Below the pieces are notes generated by a model. It did not search any database. It was not told the origin of the DNA and saw nothing but the letters and a program-made list of their open reading frames with translations. Positions 1 to 10,699 of a stretch of DNA of 64,000 nt are shown in pieces. The stretch's first letter is position 1. Every line of letters starts with the position of its first letter. The position numbers and the translations under genes were made by a program. Source of the DNA: an uncultured Clostridia bacterium. GTDB lineage: Bacteria; Bacillota; Clostridia; TANB77; CAG-508. Where the stretch lies: positions 48,910-112,909 of the forward strand of contig CALXAV010000001.1 of NCBI GenBank assembly GCA_944386385.1, given 5' to 3'.

Positions 1-114
1 TTCAAATTCAAAATTAATATCTTTTAATACTTCTTTTTTCTCAAAATTTTTCTTTAAATTCTTTACAACTAGCTTCATATTAAATTTCTCCTTTTATGTT
101 CAATTTTAATTTTA

Positions 115-627
115 TTACTCCGTTTCCATCTTCATTGTATATCCTGTCATTTTAAATCCGTTATTTTCATAAAATTTCATTACTTTTTCATTTCCAACAG
201 ATACATGCACATCCATACTTTTAGCACCGTTATTGTTTAACCATTCTAATACTTTATTAAATAATGTACTTCCAACTTTTTTATTTCTATATTTTTCAGT
301 TACAAATAAATCTTCTATAAATCCCTCATTATGATGGTTTAGATATGCTGATGTAAAACCTATAATATTTGTTCCAACTAATGCAACATATACAATTGAT
401 TTATGTTTTCTTTTCATATATTCTTCAAAATTATTTTCATTGATTTCTAAAAATCTTTCGCTGTATGGTCCATTTAGATTATAATGATATAATTGTTGCT
501 CATTTAGAATATCTTTTAGTAAATAATATTCTCCAATTTTAACTTCTTTGTATGTAATATTATCTTGATTATCAAAAATGTTTTCAGCCATTTTTTCTCC
601 CTTCTTTAAAATTAGACTTGTCCTCAC
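115..627 (-). CDS. GNAT family N-acetyltransferase
   Basis: 170 aa; acetyl-CoA binding motif region (RNKKVGSTLFNKVLEWL...NNGFKMTGY) typical of GNAT fold. Confidence 0.75.
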   Translation of the reverse strand: MRTSLILKKGEKMAENIFDNQDNITYKEVKIGEYYLLKDILNEQQLYHYNLNGPYSERFLEINENNFEEYMKRKHKSIVYVALVGTNIIGFTSAYLNHHNEGFIEDLFVTEKYRNKKVGSTLFNKVLEWLNNNGAKSMDVHVSVGNEKVMKFYENNGFKMTGYTMKMETE

Positions 628-727
628 AATAATACTATAAAATATATAAATAATCTACTTTTTTTACGAGAAAAGATATAAAATATCTAAAATAATTTGA
701 ATTTTTGACCAATATTTCTTATAAAAG

Positions 728-760
728 AAAAAAATTGAGGTTGTTTCCTCAATTTCATTT
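728..760 (-). terminator. rho-independent terminator after 763..1311 gene
   Basis: hairpin AAATTGAGG-ttgttt-CCTCAATTT followed by T-run on minus strand. Confidence 0.5.
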
Positions 761-762
761 TA

Positions 763-1311
763 TTATAAATATTTTAATACTGAAAAAATAACATCTATTA
801 ATAATATAAAAATCAAAGTAAAACAAAAGATATTTTGAATATTATATCTATTCCACTTTGTTGTTATATTCTGTAATTTATTTTGTATAAAAGGGTGTAA
901 TTTTTCTAATAGAAGGACTCCAGCAATTCCCCAAAATATAGAATATAATAAACTAACCCTACCTTGAATATTTAAGAAATCGTTTGAGTAATCCCACCAT
1001 CTTAATCCAAATAACATTTCAAGTACAAGAGAAACAATATATTCAAATACCGTAAATGCAATTGTTGCTATTAAAAACTTCTGAAAAGGTTTTTTATACA
1101 TTTTTTGAGTGATAAGTAATAAAATAACTGCTCCAAAACCATAAATAGGACAAATTGGACCATATAAAAATCCTCTTTTTACAAAATGTCCATGTATGAA
1201 TAAAGCATAAATTGTTTCTACTACCCATCCCAGAAAAGCATATATAAAAATATATGTTATATATTCTATTACTTTATCTTTTGTTGTTTTGGCTTTTATA
1301 ACTCCCTCCAT
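763..1311 (-). CDS. multi-TM membrane protein (PF06541/DUF1113-like, 'putative ABC-transporter type IV' family)
   Basis: 182 aa, ~5 TM; motif FLYGPICPIYGFGAV and WWDYS resemble the PF06541 family; paralog at 19945..20619. Confidence 0.55.
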   Translation of the reverse strand: MEGVIKAKTTKDKVIEYITYIFIYAFLGWVVETIYALFIHGHFVKRGFLYGPICPIYGFGAVILLLITQKMYKKPFQKFLIATIAFTVFEYIVSLVLEMLFGLRWWDYSNDFLNIQGRVSLLYSIFWGIAGVLLLEKLHPFIQNKLQNITTKWNRYNIQNIFCFTLIFILLIDVIFSVLKYL

Positions 1312-1393
1312 AATATTCCCCTCTATAAATCAAATTAACATCTATATTATACCATGTTTTTTCTCGAAAGTATATTAGTATCAATGTTTTTAG

Positions 1394-1411
1394 TCTTACA
1401 TTTTTGTAAGA
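1394..1411. promoter_or_regulatory. BceR-like response-regulator box (TNACA-N4-TGTAA palindrome) ~85 bp upstream of 763..1311
   Basis: TCTTACA-TTTT-TGTAAGA perfect palindrome; same sequence as boxes upstream of Bce-type ATPase genes at 25287 and 30849. Confidence 0.45.
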
Positions 1412-1618
1412 TTAGTATAGCAATTATTTATTAAATATCAATTTATAAATTATTAAAATTTGATTAAGATTTAAACGCTTAAGTTTTTCTTACTTATTGC
1501 ATTTCTTGAAAAAACCTAAAAATTATGGTAAACTATATATAATTTTCTTATTTATCCTGTTCTGATTTATGGACAGTTTATATAAATGCAACTATTGGAA
1601 AATGATTAGATATGCCAA

Positions 1619-2188
1619 ATGGCAAGGAGGGAAAATATGATATTTAAAAGTGTAAATATTGGAGGGCATAATTATTTTCTTTCAGATTTTACACAACTTT
1701 GCAAAAAAGATTCAATCATACTTGTTAAAAATTCTGAATTATCAACATTGTTAAGACTCAAGTCAAAACCTATACAAATACAATTTGTCGAAATCAAAGA
1801 TTCTATTTTCTTATTAGAATCTTTCGGAAATCAACCAATGATACCTTCTAGCTTAATGAAATGCTCAACTATCTACTATTTGTATGATGATAGTTGCTGT
1901 AACTACCATAGGAGTCATAATATTGTAGAATATGTTTCAAAAGATGAATTTGCTTCATTTTTGGAACGTATCGATTACAAACATGCCAAATGGAAAGTTT
2001 TATCAAAAGCTTTTCTTGATGACAAAATGTATGTTACTGTAAAATCAAGAAGTACCAATAACAAGATAGTAGAATATTGGTTTAGTGATTTATATACATC
2101 TCTATGGGATGTTGATGACAAATGGACAGATTTTTTGTATAATCGAGTATTAAAACAATGGCTTGAAGATTATTATAATAAGAAATGA
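1619..2188 (+). CDS. hypothetical cytoplasmic protein
   Basis: 189 aa ORF with RBS (AAGGAGGGAAAAT-ATG region), followed by hairpin terminator at 2192-2226. Confidence 0.5.
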   Translation: MARRENMIFKSVNIGGHNYFLSDFTQLCKKDSIILVKNSELSTLLRLKSKPIQIQFVEIKDSIFLLESFGNQPMIPSSLMKCSTIYYLYDDSCCNYHRSHNIVEYVSKDEFASFLERIDYKHAKWKVLSKAFLDDKMYVTVKSRSTNNKIVEYWFSDLYTSLWDVDDKWTDFLYNRVLKQWLEDYYNKK

Positions 2189-2341
2189 TTGAAATGATTA
2201 AAGAGATTGTTCGCAATCTCTTTAATCATTTTATAATATTTTTTTAATTTTTTGTTCTGTTATTCTAAAATCTTTATTACATATTTTTCAAACTATTTAT
2301 TACAATTTTTTATATATTGTCTATTTTAGAAAAAACTTCAT

Positions 2342-2566
2342 CTAAGAGTATACCTTATTTTCTTTTATATCGTTTAATCCTCTTTGTAGCTTTTCTTTTA
2401 AGTCTTTTTTACTTTTTATTGTTACACTATCTAGAGCTTCTGTATCTACATATGAAAATTTTAAATATTCGATAAAATTTATAACTTGATTTGTAAGTTC
2501 TTCTGGTAATTTTTCAATTTCATTATATAATTTCTGTTTTTCTATTGACATTTTCATTAACTCCAT
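2342..2566 (-). CDS. small antitoxin-like protein (DUF2281-like), orphan
   Basis: 74 aa; LPEELTNQVINFIEYLK motif resembles addiction-module antitoxin domains; no adjacent toxin partner. Confidence 0.3.
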   Translation of the reverse strand: MELMKMSIEKQKLYNEIEKLPEELTNQVINFIEYLKFSYVDTEALDSVTIKSKKDLKEKLQRGLNDIKENKVYS

Positions 2567-2651
2567 AAATCAATTAATATTATTATATCTTATATCGTTT
2601 TTTCTCTTTCTTCCATTTTTTACATCTAAAACTTGTAATTGTTTTAGCATA

Positions 2652-2960
2652 TTATAATAAATTTATCCAATTTCTTCTTCCATACATAATTCTTACAATT
2701 TCAATACTATCATTTTTTATTCTATAAAATATAATATAATTATCTACTATTAACTTTCTTATTTCTAGTTTTCTTATTATATCATCATCAATAATTGCAT
2801 ATATTTCAGGATTTTCCTTCAAAGTTTTTATTGATTTTCTTATTTTAGAAATTAGTTTATTTGCTGTTTCTGGCTCTTGTAGATTGTATTTTATATATTG
2901 TTTTATTCCTATTAAATCTTCTTTTGATTCCTTTGAATATTCTATATTGTATTTTTTCAC
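2652..2960 (-). CDS. type II toxin-antitoxin system RelE/ParE family toxin
   Basis: 102 aa; C-terminal IIFYRI..IEIVRIMYGRRNW typical of RelE/ParE; 15 nt downstream of antitoxin. Confidence 0.8.
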   Translation of the reverse strand: MKKYNIEYSKESKEDLIGIKQYIKYNLQEPETANKLISKIRKSIKTLKENPEIYAIIDDDIIRKLEIRKLIVDNYIIFYRIKNDSIEIVRIMYGRRNWINLL

Positions 2961-2975
2961 AAATAAACCCTCTTT

Positions 2976-3230
2976 CTATATTTTATCTAATTCTTCATAT
3001 ACTTCTTCTTCAGAAAATTTTTCGCCTTTATCTAATGAGCTTATTCCTTTTTCTAATTCTTTGTATAAAATATGCTTATCTGTTAAAAGTTCATATAACT
3101 CAATACTCATAACAGCTAAATCTCCTGCACCATTCTTTGTAATATATACTGGACTATTTGTTTGATGACAAATTGTAGAAATTTCATTGTAATTATTTCT
3201 TAAATCAGAACTTGGTCTAATAACTGGCAT
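2976..3230 (-). CDS. Phd/YefM family antitoxin
   Basis: MPVIRPSSDLRNNYNEISTICHQTNSPVYITKNG.. typical Phd/YefM N-terminus; GGAGGT RBS before internal ATG at 3230. Confidence 0.8.
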   Translation of the reverse strand: MPVIRPSSDLRNNYNEISTICHQTNSPVYITKNGAGDLAVMSIELYELLTDKHILYKELEKGISSLDKGEKFSEEEVYEELDKI

Positions 3231-3464
3231 AATAAACACCTCCATCAATATTATATACATATTTTATCAAAATATTGATATATAGTCAATATTTTGAATA
3301 TCGTTTTTAAACAAAAAATTACTATTTTATATTATTTACTATAAAAATAATTTTTGTCTTTTAAATAATTTATATTATCTTTAACCCAACTATTATTAGC
3401 AACTACTTTTCTACTTTCATAGATTGCGATTCAACTACCATTTCATTTTCTAACAGTCCATTTT

Positions 3465-3551
3465 TCATTTTAAATCTTCTATTTTATCTTTTAATCTATT
3501 GGCAATAGTTGTTTTCCCTACGCCAAAGCTCCCATTAATCCAAATAATCAT
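3465..3551 (-). pseudogene. truncated remnant of a P-loop AAA/kinase gene (TmrB/chloramphenicol-phosphotransferase-like N-terminus)
   Basis: encodes MIIWINGSFGVGKTTIANRLKDKIEDLK then stop; Walker A GxxGxGKT intact but only 28 codons. Confidence 0.45.
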
Positions 3552-3599
3552 TACAATCTCTTCTTTCAGATAATACTTTCATTAAGATAATGACTTATA

Positions 3600-4061
3600 T
3601 TATTCAAATGAATACACTATTTTTACCTTTTTACCACCAATTTTATCGTAAAATAATTCAGCTTCATTTCCATACAAACAATGTAATTCAACTTTTTTTG
3701 GATATGCTTTCTTTCTAACTTCTTCAATAGCTTTTTCACCATAACCCATTTTACGATATTCAGGCAATATGTAAAAAGAATCAACATATATAATCGGTTC
3801 ATTGTTAATTTCTGAATTTCTTTCATAACTAGCTATTGTACCTACTATATTATTGTTATCTTCAATAAAATAATAATTAACTCCTGCTTTTTTAAAATCA
3901 CCTATAATATTATATAAATTATAGTTTTCCGTTTCATGCTCATAATCCTCATATCCAATCTTATTTCTTAATTCAAAATGTTCTTTGCATAATTTCATTA
4001 CTATATTGGCATACTCAAATAATTTTTCTTCTGTTACTGATTTTAAAACAATATTTTTCAT
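3600..4061 (-). CDS. GNAT family N-acetyltransferase
   Basis: 153 aa; YILPEYRKMGYGEKAIEEV acetyl-CoA binding motif. Confidence 0.75.
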   Translation of the reverse strand: MKNIVLKSVTEEKLFEYANIVMKLCKEHFELRNKIGYEDYEHETENYNLYNIIGDFKKAGVNYYFIEDNNNIVGTIASYERNSEINNEPIIYVDSFYILPEYRKMGYGEKAIEEVRKKAYPKKVELHCLYGNEAELFYDKIGGKKVKIVYSFE

Positions 4062-4098
4062 ATTTTTCTCCTCAATTATAAATTATCTGCTTTATATT

Positions 4099-4578
4099 TT
4101 ATTCAAATGTTGTTTTTTCACTTGTTTTGTAAAATTTTGTTCCTTCACTATTAACCAAAGTATTTTCATCTTCAATAATCAATTCTTCTGGCTCTCTTAC
4201 AAAATCCATAGGAGAATTATCAACTGGAGAATGTGTTACCGAGTAAGTAATTTTTATTTTATCTCCATCTATTATATATGTACCATCACTATAAGCGTCA
4301 GATACAAAAATTACAGAGTTTTCAGAAAACACATAAACAAATGCCTCTGTTCCTTCTGGTCTTTTTGCATTATATGTACCTAATATTTTATATTGTAATC
4401 TATCTTCATTATTATCCTCTTCTATATTATTTACATTTAGATTTTCTTCACTCTTACTAGCAATATTTTCTTTAACTTCATTGTTTTTATTAGAATCATT
4501 ATTTCTTCCAAATAAGAATAGCATGGTAAATACCAACAATATAATAATTATTATAATCACATAATATTTCTTTTTCAT
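4099..4578 (-). CDS. hypothetical secreted/membrane-anchored protein
   Basis: 159 aa; N-terminal hydrophobic segment then N/E-rich linker and beta-rich domain. Confidence 0.5.
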   Translation of the reverse strand: MKKKYYVIIIIIILLVFTMLFLFGRNNDSNKNNEVKENIASKSEENLNVNNIEEDNNEDRLQYKILGTYNAKRPEGTEAFVYVFSENSVIFVSDAYSDGTYIIDGDKIKITYSVTHSPVDNSPMDFVREPEELIIEDENTLVNSEGTKFYKTSEKTTFE

Positions 4579-4739
4579 TTTTTCCCCTTTTTAGTTATTT
4601 TTTAATTCTTCAAATAATATAAATTTTTCTATATATTAATTGTTAATTTGCTTAATAATATCATAATCCATAATTATTATCAATTAATTTAGTTAAATTA
4701 AAAGAGAACTACATATTGCAGTCCTCTATATCACAATTA

Positions 4740-5372
4740 TTAATTCTCAATTTGTAATTTTCCCTTCCATAATCTAAAAATCACATCTGCTTGTTTTGCT
4801 AAATCTTTTGAGTGAGTTACAATAACTACACATTTATTCATTTTATGAGAGCAGTCTTTAAGAATATTTATAATACTATTAGCATTTTCTTCATCAAGAT
4901 TTCCAGTAGGTTCATCTGCAAGTAATACTGGTGCTTCAGAAGCTAATGCCCTTGCTATTGCTACTCTTTGTTGCTGACCTCCAGATAATTTTAAAACATT
5001 TCTTTTTATTTCTTCATCTTTAAGACCTACCTTTTCTAATATTGGTTTAGGTGGTAGTTTTGATGCTATTGAAACATTTTCTGCTGGTGTTAAATAATCT
5101 ATCAAGTTATAACTTTGAAAAATAAACGATACATTGTTTTTTCTATGCTTTGCTAATCCATAATTTTCAATATTTTCTCCATTAAATAAAATTTCTCCTT
5201 TTGTCGGTGTATCAAGACCACCTAGTAAAGACAAAAATGTAGTTTTTCCACATCCAGAATGTCCTAATATCGCATACATTTTTCCTTCCTCTAAATTGAC
5301 ATTTATATTTTTAAAAACAATACTATCTCTTGAATATGCATACTCTAAATTTTTTACTTCTAATATAGACAT
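4740..5372 (-). CDS. ABC transporter ATP-binding protein (MacB/LolD/FtsE-like)
   Basis: GHSGCGKTT Walker A, LSGGQQQRVAIARAL signature, LLADEPTGNLD Walker B. Confidence 0.85.
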   Translation of the reverse strand: MSILEVKNLEYAYSRDSIVFKNINVNLEEGKMYAILGHSGCGKTTFLSLLGGLDTPTKGEILFNGENIENYGLAKHRKNNVSFIFQSYNLIDYLTPAENVSIASKLPPKPILEKVGLKDEEIKRNVLKLSGGQQQRVAIARALASEAPVLLADEPTGNLDEENANSIINILKDCSHKMNKCVVIVTHSKDLAKQADVIFRLWKGKLQIEN

Positions 5373-5388
5373 TTTTCATTCCTCCTTA

Positions 5389-6640
5389 TTAATCTATTTT
5401 ACTAAAAATATCTCTTGGCTTTATCTTTGTAATTTGGTAAATAGATATTATTGTAGATATTAATATAATTAACAATCCAATCCCACTTACTATTAACCAA
5501 TCATGTATATTAACAGTTATATCTATACTTGATGAAATACTATTTATTAGTTTACTTCCTATTACTTTTGTTGCAATAGAACTTGTTACAAAAGATAATA
5601 TAAATGCAGGTACTGATATAATTAGCACCTCTAATATTTGTTGCCATATTAAATCTTTTTTACTAATTCCAATAGAAAGCAAAATACCTATTTCATTAGT
5701 TCTATGTTTTGTCCAAAGATTAAGTATTAGAACTACCAATATTACACTAATTATTAAGATAATAGCAATTGCTGTTGACACTATTTTTCTTAACCCATCT
5801 AGTGATTCTTTCGTATTTTCATAATTACTATCATTCTTGGTAATTTTACAATTGTCCCAAAATACATCTTCAATTTCTTTCATCTCTGCGATTAAATCAT
5901 CTAATTTTTCTGGATCTTCTACTTCAAAATCTCCATATTGACTGTTTTTACTATCTGTTTCATAAATCAATCTAGCAGATGTATTTAAATCTGTAAAAAT
6001 AATATTTTCAAATAAATTTGTTGTATCCATATATTCTTCTGAATCTGATTTCCTTGTACTAGTAAAGATTCCAATTATTTTAGCTTTTACTTTTATTTCT
6101 TTTCCTTCCACATTTTTTAATACTATATAATCTCCTATATTAAGACCATTTGTATTTGCAAAATCTTCATGTACTAAAGCAACTTGTTTTGCATCTGGAG
6201 TAATTGGATTTCCACTAACTAATTTAAAACCTTCTTCTGTAAAATATGTATCTTTTTCAGAATAACGATTTCCTACAACTCTACCTGCATTTTCATATAC
6301 TTTTAATCCGTGAATCATCTCTTGTTTTCAGCTTATTATTATTTATATCGCTATAATATGCAACTGTATAACTTCTTAAATTATAGCTATCTGTTATTCC
6401 ACCTATATTTAATATTTGATTTACTACGTTTTCATTTAATCCGTTTTCTATGGTTTTAGCGTTAACTGTAAAGCCACATTTTAGAGCTTTTCTAACATTT
6501 GCATTTGCCACATTTGATGATGAGTTAATCGAAAAACAAACTATTAGTAAAGTTGACATGATTAAAATAATAGAAAATAGTAACGCTGTTTTTAGCTTTT
6601 TCCTTGTTATATATAAATAGGCTCTTTTTGCAAAATTCAA
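5389..6640 (-). pseudogene. FtsX/MacB-type ABC permease, frameshifted (two ORFs 6293..6640 and 5389..6318 overlap by 26 nt)
   Basis: N-terminal TM + periplasmic domain in one frame, FtsX 3-TM C-terminal domain in another; paralog of intact 6657..7970. Confidence 0.55.
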
Positions 6641-6656
6641 TATCTATCACCTCTTA

Positions 6657-7970
6657 TTACATTTTTGTTAGAATAATTCTAGGTTTTCTTTTCATGATAG
6701 GAATACAAGATAGAATAACAATTGCAAGTAAAATAATTATTCCTATTACTGAAACCATCATAACTTGTCCATTTTGTATAATTACACTTTCTGCTACTTT
6801 TCCAAAGGCTTGTCCTAGATTTCCTGCAATTAATTTACTAAAGAAGTACGAACCTGTAAAAGCTATTCCAGCAATTATCATCATCTCTATTATGAATTGA
6901 AACATTATTATTGCCTTTGACTTTCCAATAGAAAGTAATATTCCAATTTCTCTTCTTCTTTCCTTTATACTCATAAAAACAATAATACTAATAATGCTAA
7001 TACTTACAATAATAGCTATAACAATTAAACTTATAATTAGTGTACTTGAATTATCTACTGATTCTTGTGTATTTTGATATACTTCATCATCTGTATAAAT
7101 ATTAAAGTTTTTCCAGTTTATATCTTTAATATTTTTTACTTCTTGAATAATGCTATCTAAATTTTCTGGATTTGACACATAAAAGTCAACAACATCAAAT
7201 ACTCCATTTCCTGCATCATCATAATTTACATATAGTTTGTTTGCTAAATCATTACTTAAAAATACATAGTCATTATATTCAAAGTATGCTGCTAAATCAT
7301 AAATTTTCTTGCCATCACTATCATCTACTGCATCTGTTATTACTCTAAATATACCGATAATTTTGACGTCTACAAACGGATCGTCATTTTGTGGATCATT
7401 TACAACTGTTAAAGTATCACCTATTTTCAAATTATTCTTTTTAGCATAAGCATCACTTACAATTATTGAATTTTCTGTATCTTCAGTAATATGTTCTCCT
7501 TCTACTAATTCAAATATATTTGATATAAAATAATTGCTATATTTTGAGTTTATATTTGTAATGCTCATAGTATGAGAGTCTACTTCATCCCATCCTACAA
7601 GGTCATCTTTTGAATGTGGTATGTATTTTCCATCTTTTAAGACACAAGCTATGGATTCAACTGTTGCATTATAACCACTTATTCCTTCAATACTTCCAAT
7701 TTCTTTTATCATATCTTCTGTTATAGCATCTGATTTTAGATATGTATTGCCCTTTTCATCTGTTTCCATTCCTCCTGAACCATAGTTTCTTTCTATTGAA
7801 AAACTTGTACCTGTTGCTTCTTTAAATTCTTCTGTTTTTTGTTCTTCAGCATTTAATACTGCTATCCCTGATAATGTTAGTGTTACAACCATAAATAAAA
7901 TAAGTAACAACAAAATACTTACTTTCCATTTCCTAAATAAGTATAAAAAACTTCTTTTTAATAAATTCAT
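6657..7970 (-). CDS. FtsX/MacB-type ABC transporter permease
   Basis: 437 aa; N-terminal TM, large extracytoplasmic domain, C-terminal FtsX-like TM bundle (EIGILLSIGKSK). Confidence 0.8.
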   Translation of the reverse strand: MNLLKRSFLYLFRKWKVSILLLLILFMVVTLTLSGIAVLNAEEQKTEEFKEATGTSFSIERNYGSGGMETDEKGNTYLKSDAITEDMIKEIGSIEGISGYNATVESIACVLKDGKYIPHSKDDLVGWDEVDSHTMSITNINSKYSNYFISNIFELVEGEHITEDTENSIIVSDAYAKKNNLKIGDTLTVVNDPQNDDPFVDVKIIGIFRVITDAVDDSDGKKIYDLAAYFEYNDYVFLSNDLANKLYVNYDDAGNGVFDVVDFYVSNPENLDSIIQEVKNIKDINWKNFNIYTDDEVYQNTQESVDNSSTLIISLIVIAIIVSISIISIIVFMSIKERRREIGILLSIGKSKAIIMFQFIIEMMIIAGIAFTGSYFFSKLIAGNLGQAFGKVAESVIIQNGQVMMVSVIGIIILLAIVILSCIPIMKRKPRIILTKM

Positions 7971-8141
7971 CTTTCTTTCCTCCTTCGCTCTATTTTCTAC
8001 AACTAAAAAATGGAGTTTAGGTGGAGTTAAGATGTAGTTTTAATATATATTTTTCTTTATTCAAATATCTTTTGTTATTTCAATTTTGTTGTTATATTTT
8101 CCAGCCACAAAAATAGACTAGCCATTTTTGACTAATCTAAT

Positions 8142-9221
8142 TTATAATATAATATCAAATTCAATATATTCATCATCATTTTTTACACTAATTTTACCAC
8201 TATGAAGTTCGATAATTTCCTTTGTTATTGCTAAACCTAAACCAGCCCCACCTGTTGAGCTTGTTCTTGATTCGTCTCCTCTATAAAATTTCTCAAAAAT
8301 CTTTTCTAACTTATAATCCGGTATTTTAGCCCCTTTATTTCTAAAAGTTATATACAATTTATCTAATTCTTCTGTAACATTAATTTCTATAACTGTATCC
8401 TTATAACTATAACTAATAGCATTTTTTAATAAATTTCCAAATGCTCTTGCAAGTTTATCTCCATCTCCTAAATAATTTACTTTATCTGGTGCATTTAACA
8501 CACATTTTAAATTATTTTTTTCTAACATTGGATAGCATTCATCTATTAACTGTTTCAATAAGTATGTTATATTTAATTCTGTTTTATTTATAGGCATTGA
8601 ATGTAAATTATATCTTGTAATATCAAAGAATTGATTTGTTAATTCTTCTACTCTTAATGATTTGTCTAATGCTATTTTAAGATATTTTTCTTGCAATTCC
8701 TTTGATATGTTTTTTTCATCATTTAAAAGTGTTAAATATCCAATAATAGATGTAAGTGGTGTTTTTAAATCATGTGCCATATACATTATTAAATCATTTT
8801 TCTTCTGTTCGGCTTCTTTTGCATTATTTTTACTTGTTATATAATCATTTTTTATATCATTTAATTTTTCTGTAAATTCATTTACTTCACTTGGTAATTT
8901 TATTGTTTCATTATTTTCTTTTAATATTAAATCTAATGAGTTATATACTTCGTTTATACTATTTACATATTTCGATATAAATTTATAGATAATAACTGCT
9001 AAAACAATTCCAATATAAACATAAACAACTATATCTCTATTGTAAACTATCCAACTATATAAATCATAATTTAGTCTTGCTACTAAATCAGATAGAGTGT
9101 TTTCAAAAAATAATGCAAGTATAAAATAAATTATTATAGATATTACTGTAGCAACAATTAAATTACCTAATAAATTTATGAATAATTTTAGTTTTCTTTT
9201 TGTTAAATTATCAATATTCAA
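8142..9221 (-). CDS. sensor histidine kinase (VanS-like)
   Basis: 2 TM + HisKA (MAHDLKTPLTSIIGY) + HATPase_c (GGAGLGLAI). Confidence 0.85.
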   Translation of the reverse strand: MNIDNLTKRKLKLFINLLGNLIVATVISIIIYFILALFFENTLSDLVARLNYDLYSWIVYNRDIVVYVYIGIVLAVIIYKFISKYVNSINEVYNSLDLILKENNETIKLPSEVNEFTEKLNDIKNDYITSKNNAKEAEQKKNDLIMYMAHDLKTPLTSIIGYLTLLNDEKNISKELQEKYLKIALDKSLRVEELTNQFFDITRYNLHSMPINKTELNITYLLKQLIDECYPMLEKNNLKCVLNAPDKVNYLGDGDKLARAFGNLLKNAISYSYKDTVIEINVTEELDKLYITFRNKGAKIPDYKLEKIFEKFYRGDESRTSSTGGAGLGLAITKEIIELHSGKISVKNDDEYIEFDIIL

Positions 9222-9244
9222 TTTTCTCCTCCAAAATTAATTTA

Positions 9245-9862
9245 TTACTGTAACAAAGGCTCTATATTAAGGGCAAACCAAAAAGGAAAATATAAGAAAA
9301 ACATACCAAAATAACTTATAAGAACATATATAATTGGTTCTTTTATTCCTCTAATGCCATCTTTGTTTTTAAACAATATTTTTGAAAATATTATCCATAT
9401 AATATATCCAATTATTGTGCCAAAAGTATTTGCAATTAGATCATCTATATCTGTTGCTCTAGTTGTGATTAATTGTGATAATTCTATTAGTAATGAAAAA
9501 CAAAATCCAAATAATGTAGTTTTTAATATATTTCTATAGTTTTTCCAAATTAAAGGTAAAAGAAATCCCAAAGGAACACACATTAATATATTTAATAAGA
9601 ATGTTGTATTTATCCCATTTTCAAGAAATTCAAGATTTATATTTGCCTTTATTATAGAATTATTTATTCCTCCTCTTGGTGCATATATTATATCGCTTAA
9701 ACCTCCTGCACCAGTTACATTATATACCATCCATAGATATATAACAAAAAGCACTATAAAGAATATATAAAATTTCTTTTCTTTTCTATTTTTTATAAAT
9801 AAATATATAAAACAGGGCAAAAAAGCACATAGAAAACTATAAATAATTACCAATTTAATCAC
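9245..9862 (-). CDS. VanZ family membrane protein
   Basis: 205 aa multi-TM; ATDIDDLIANTFGTIIGYIIW matches VanZ-like conserved motif. Confidence 0.7.
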   Translation of the reverse strand: MIKLVIIYSFLCAFLPCFIYLFIKNRKEKKFYIFFIVLFVIYLWMVYNVTGAGGLSDIIYAPRGGINNSIIKANINLEFLENGINTTFLLNILMCVPLGFLLPLIWKNYRNILKTTLFGFCFSLLIELSQLITTRATDIDDLIANTFGTIIGYIIWIIFSKILFKNKDGIRGIKEPIIYVLISYFGMFFLYFPFWFALNIEPLLQ

Positions 9863-9865
9863 TTC

Positions 9866-10549
9866 CTATTCAAACTTGTAACCTACTCCCCAAACTGTTT
9901 TTATGAATTTAGGATTTTTAGTATCTTCTCCTAATTTTTCTCTTATTCTTCTTATATGTACCATTACAGTATTGTTACTATCAAAATATTTTTCTTTCCA
10001 GACTTTTTCAAACAATTCCTCTGAACTTATTACTTTGCCTTTATTAGTAATTAAATACAGTAATATTTCAAATTCCATTGGTGTTAAATCAATTTCATTA
10101 TCATATAATAAGCATTTATGTTCTTTTTTATTTACTATTAGTCCTTTATCTTCAATAATATCTTCTGTTTTTATATCAGTATTATATTGGGTGTATCTTC
10201 TTAATGCTGATTTAACTCTTGCTACTAATTCTAAAGGATTAAATGGCTTTGTAATGTAATCATCTGCTCCAAGTGTTAAACCTTTTATTTTGTCATTATC
10301 TTCTATTTTTGCTGTAAGCATTATAATTGGAAATTTTAAACCTTTATCTCTTATATATTTACATATTTCAAATCCATTTTTCCCTTGTATCATAATATCT
10401 AATACTGCAAGGTCTAAAGGTATATTATCTATACATTTTATTGCTTCTTCTGAGGTATAAAATTTATAAACATTATAATTTTCATTTTGTAAATATACCT
10501 CGACTAAATCTGCTATTTCTTTTTCATCATCTAATATCAAGACATTCAT
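9866..10549 (-). CDS. OmpR-family response regulator
   Basis: receiver domain (LILDDE..DLAVLDIM..) plus winged-helix C-terminus (TVWGVGYKF). Confidence 0.9.
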   Translation of the reverse strand: MNVLILDDEKEIADLVEVYLQNENYNVYKFYTSEEAIKCIDNIPLDLAVLDIMIQGKNGFEICKYIRDKGLKFPIIMLTAKIEDNDKIKGLTLGADDYITKPFNPLELVARVKSALRRYTQYNTDIKTEDIIEDKGLIVNKKEHKCLLYDNEIDLTPMEFEILLYLITNKGKVISSEELFEKVWKEKYFDSNNTVMVHIRRIREKLGEDTKNPKFIKTVWGVGYKFE

Positions 10550-10699
10550 TTTGCTTCCTCCATTGTGATTATAGCATATAAATTTATATTTTTCATTAAT
10601 TCATTGATATTGTAAGAAAAATTTAAGAAATTGTTAAGGCTATGTTAAAACCTTAAAATACAAAACTATTTATAATATTTTTAAAAGGAGGCATTTAAC

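Noticed and set aside
2861-3165. Plus-strand ORFs 2861..3112 and 2884..3165 overlapping the RelE/Phd genes
   Set aside because: Low-complexity Leu/Phe/Ile-rich translations antisense to well-supported minus-strand genes. Typical AT-rich shadow ORFs.
3985-4460. Plus-strand ORFs 3985..4383, 4278..4460 and minus 3623..3826
   Set aside because: They overlap the GNAT gene and the secreted-protein gene in antisense or alternative frames. No RBS, and Cys/Phe-rich nonsense composition.
9354-10259. Plus-strand ORFs 9354..9539 and 9903..10259
   Set aside because: Antisense to vanZ-like and response-regulator genes. No start signals.
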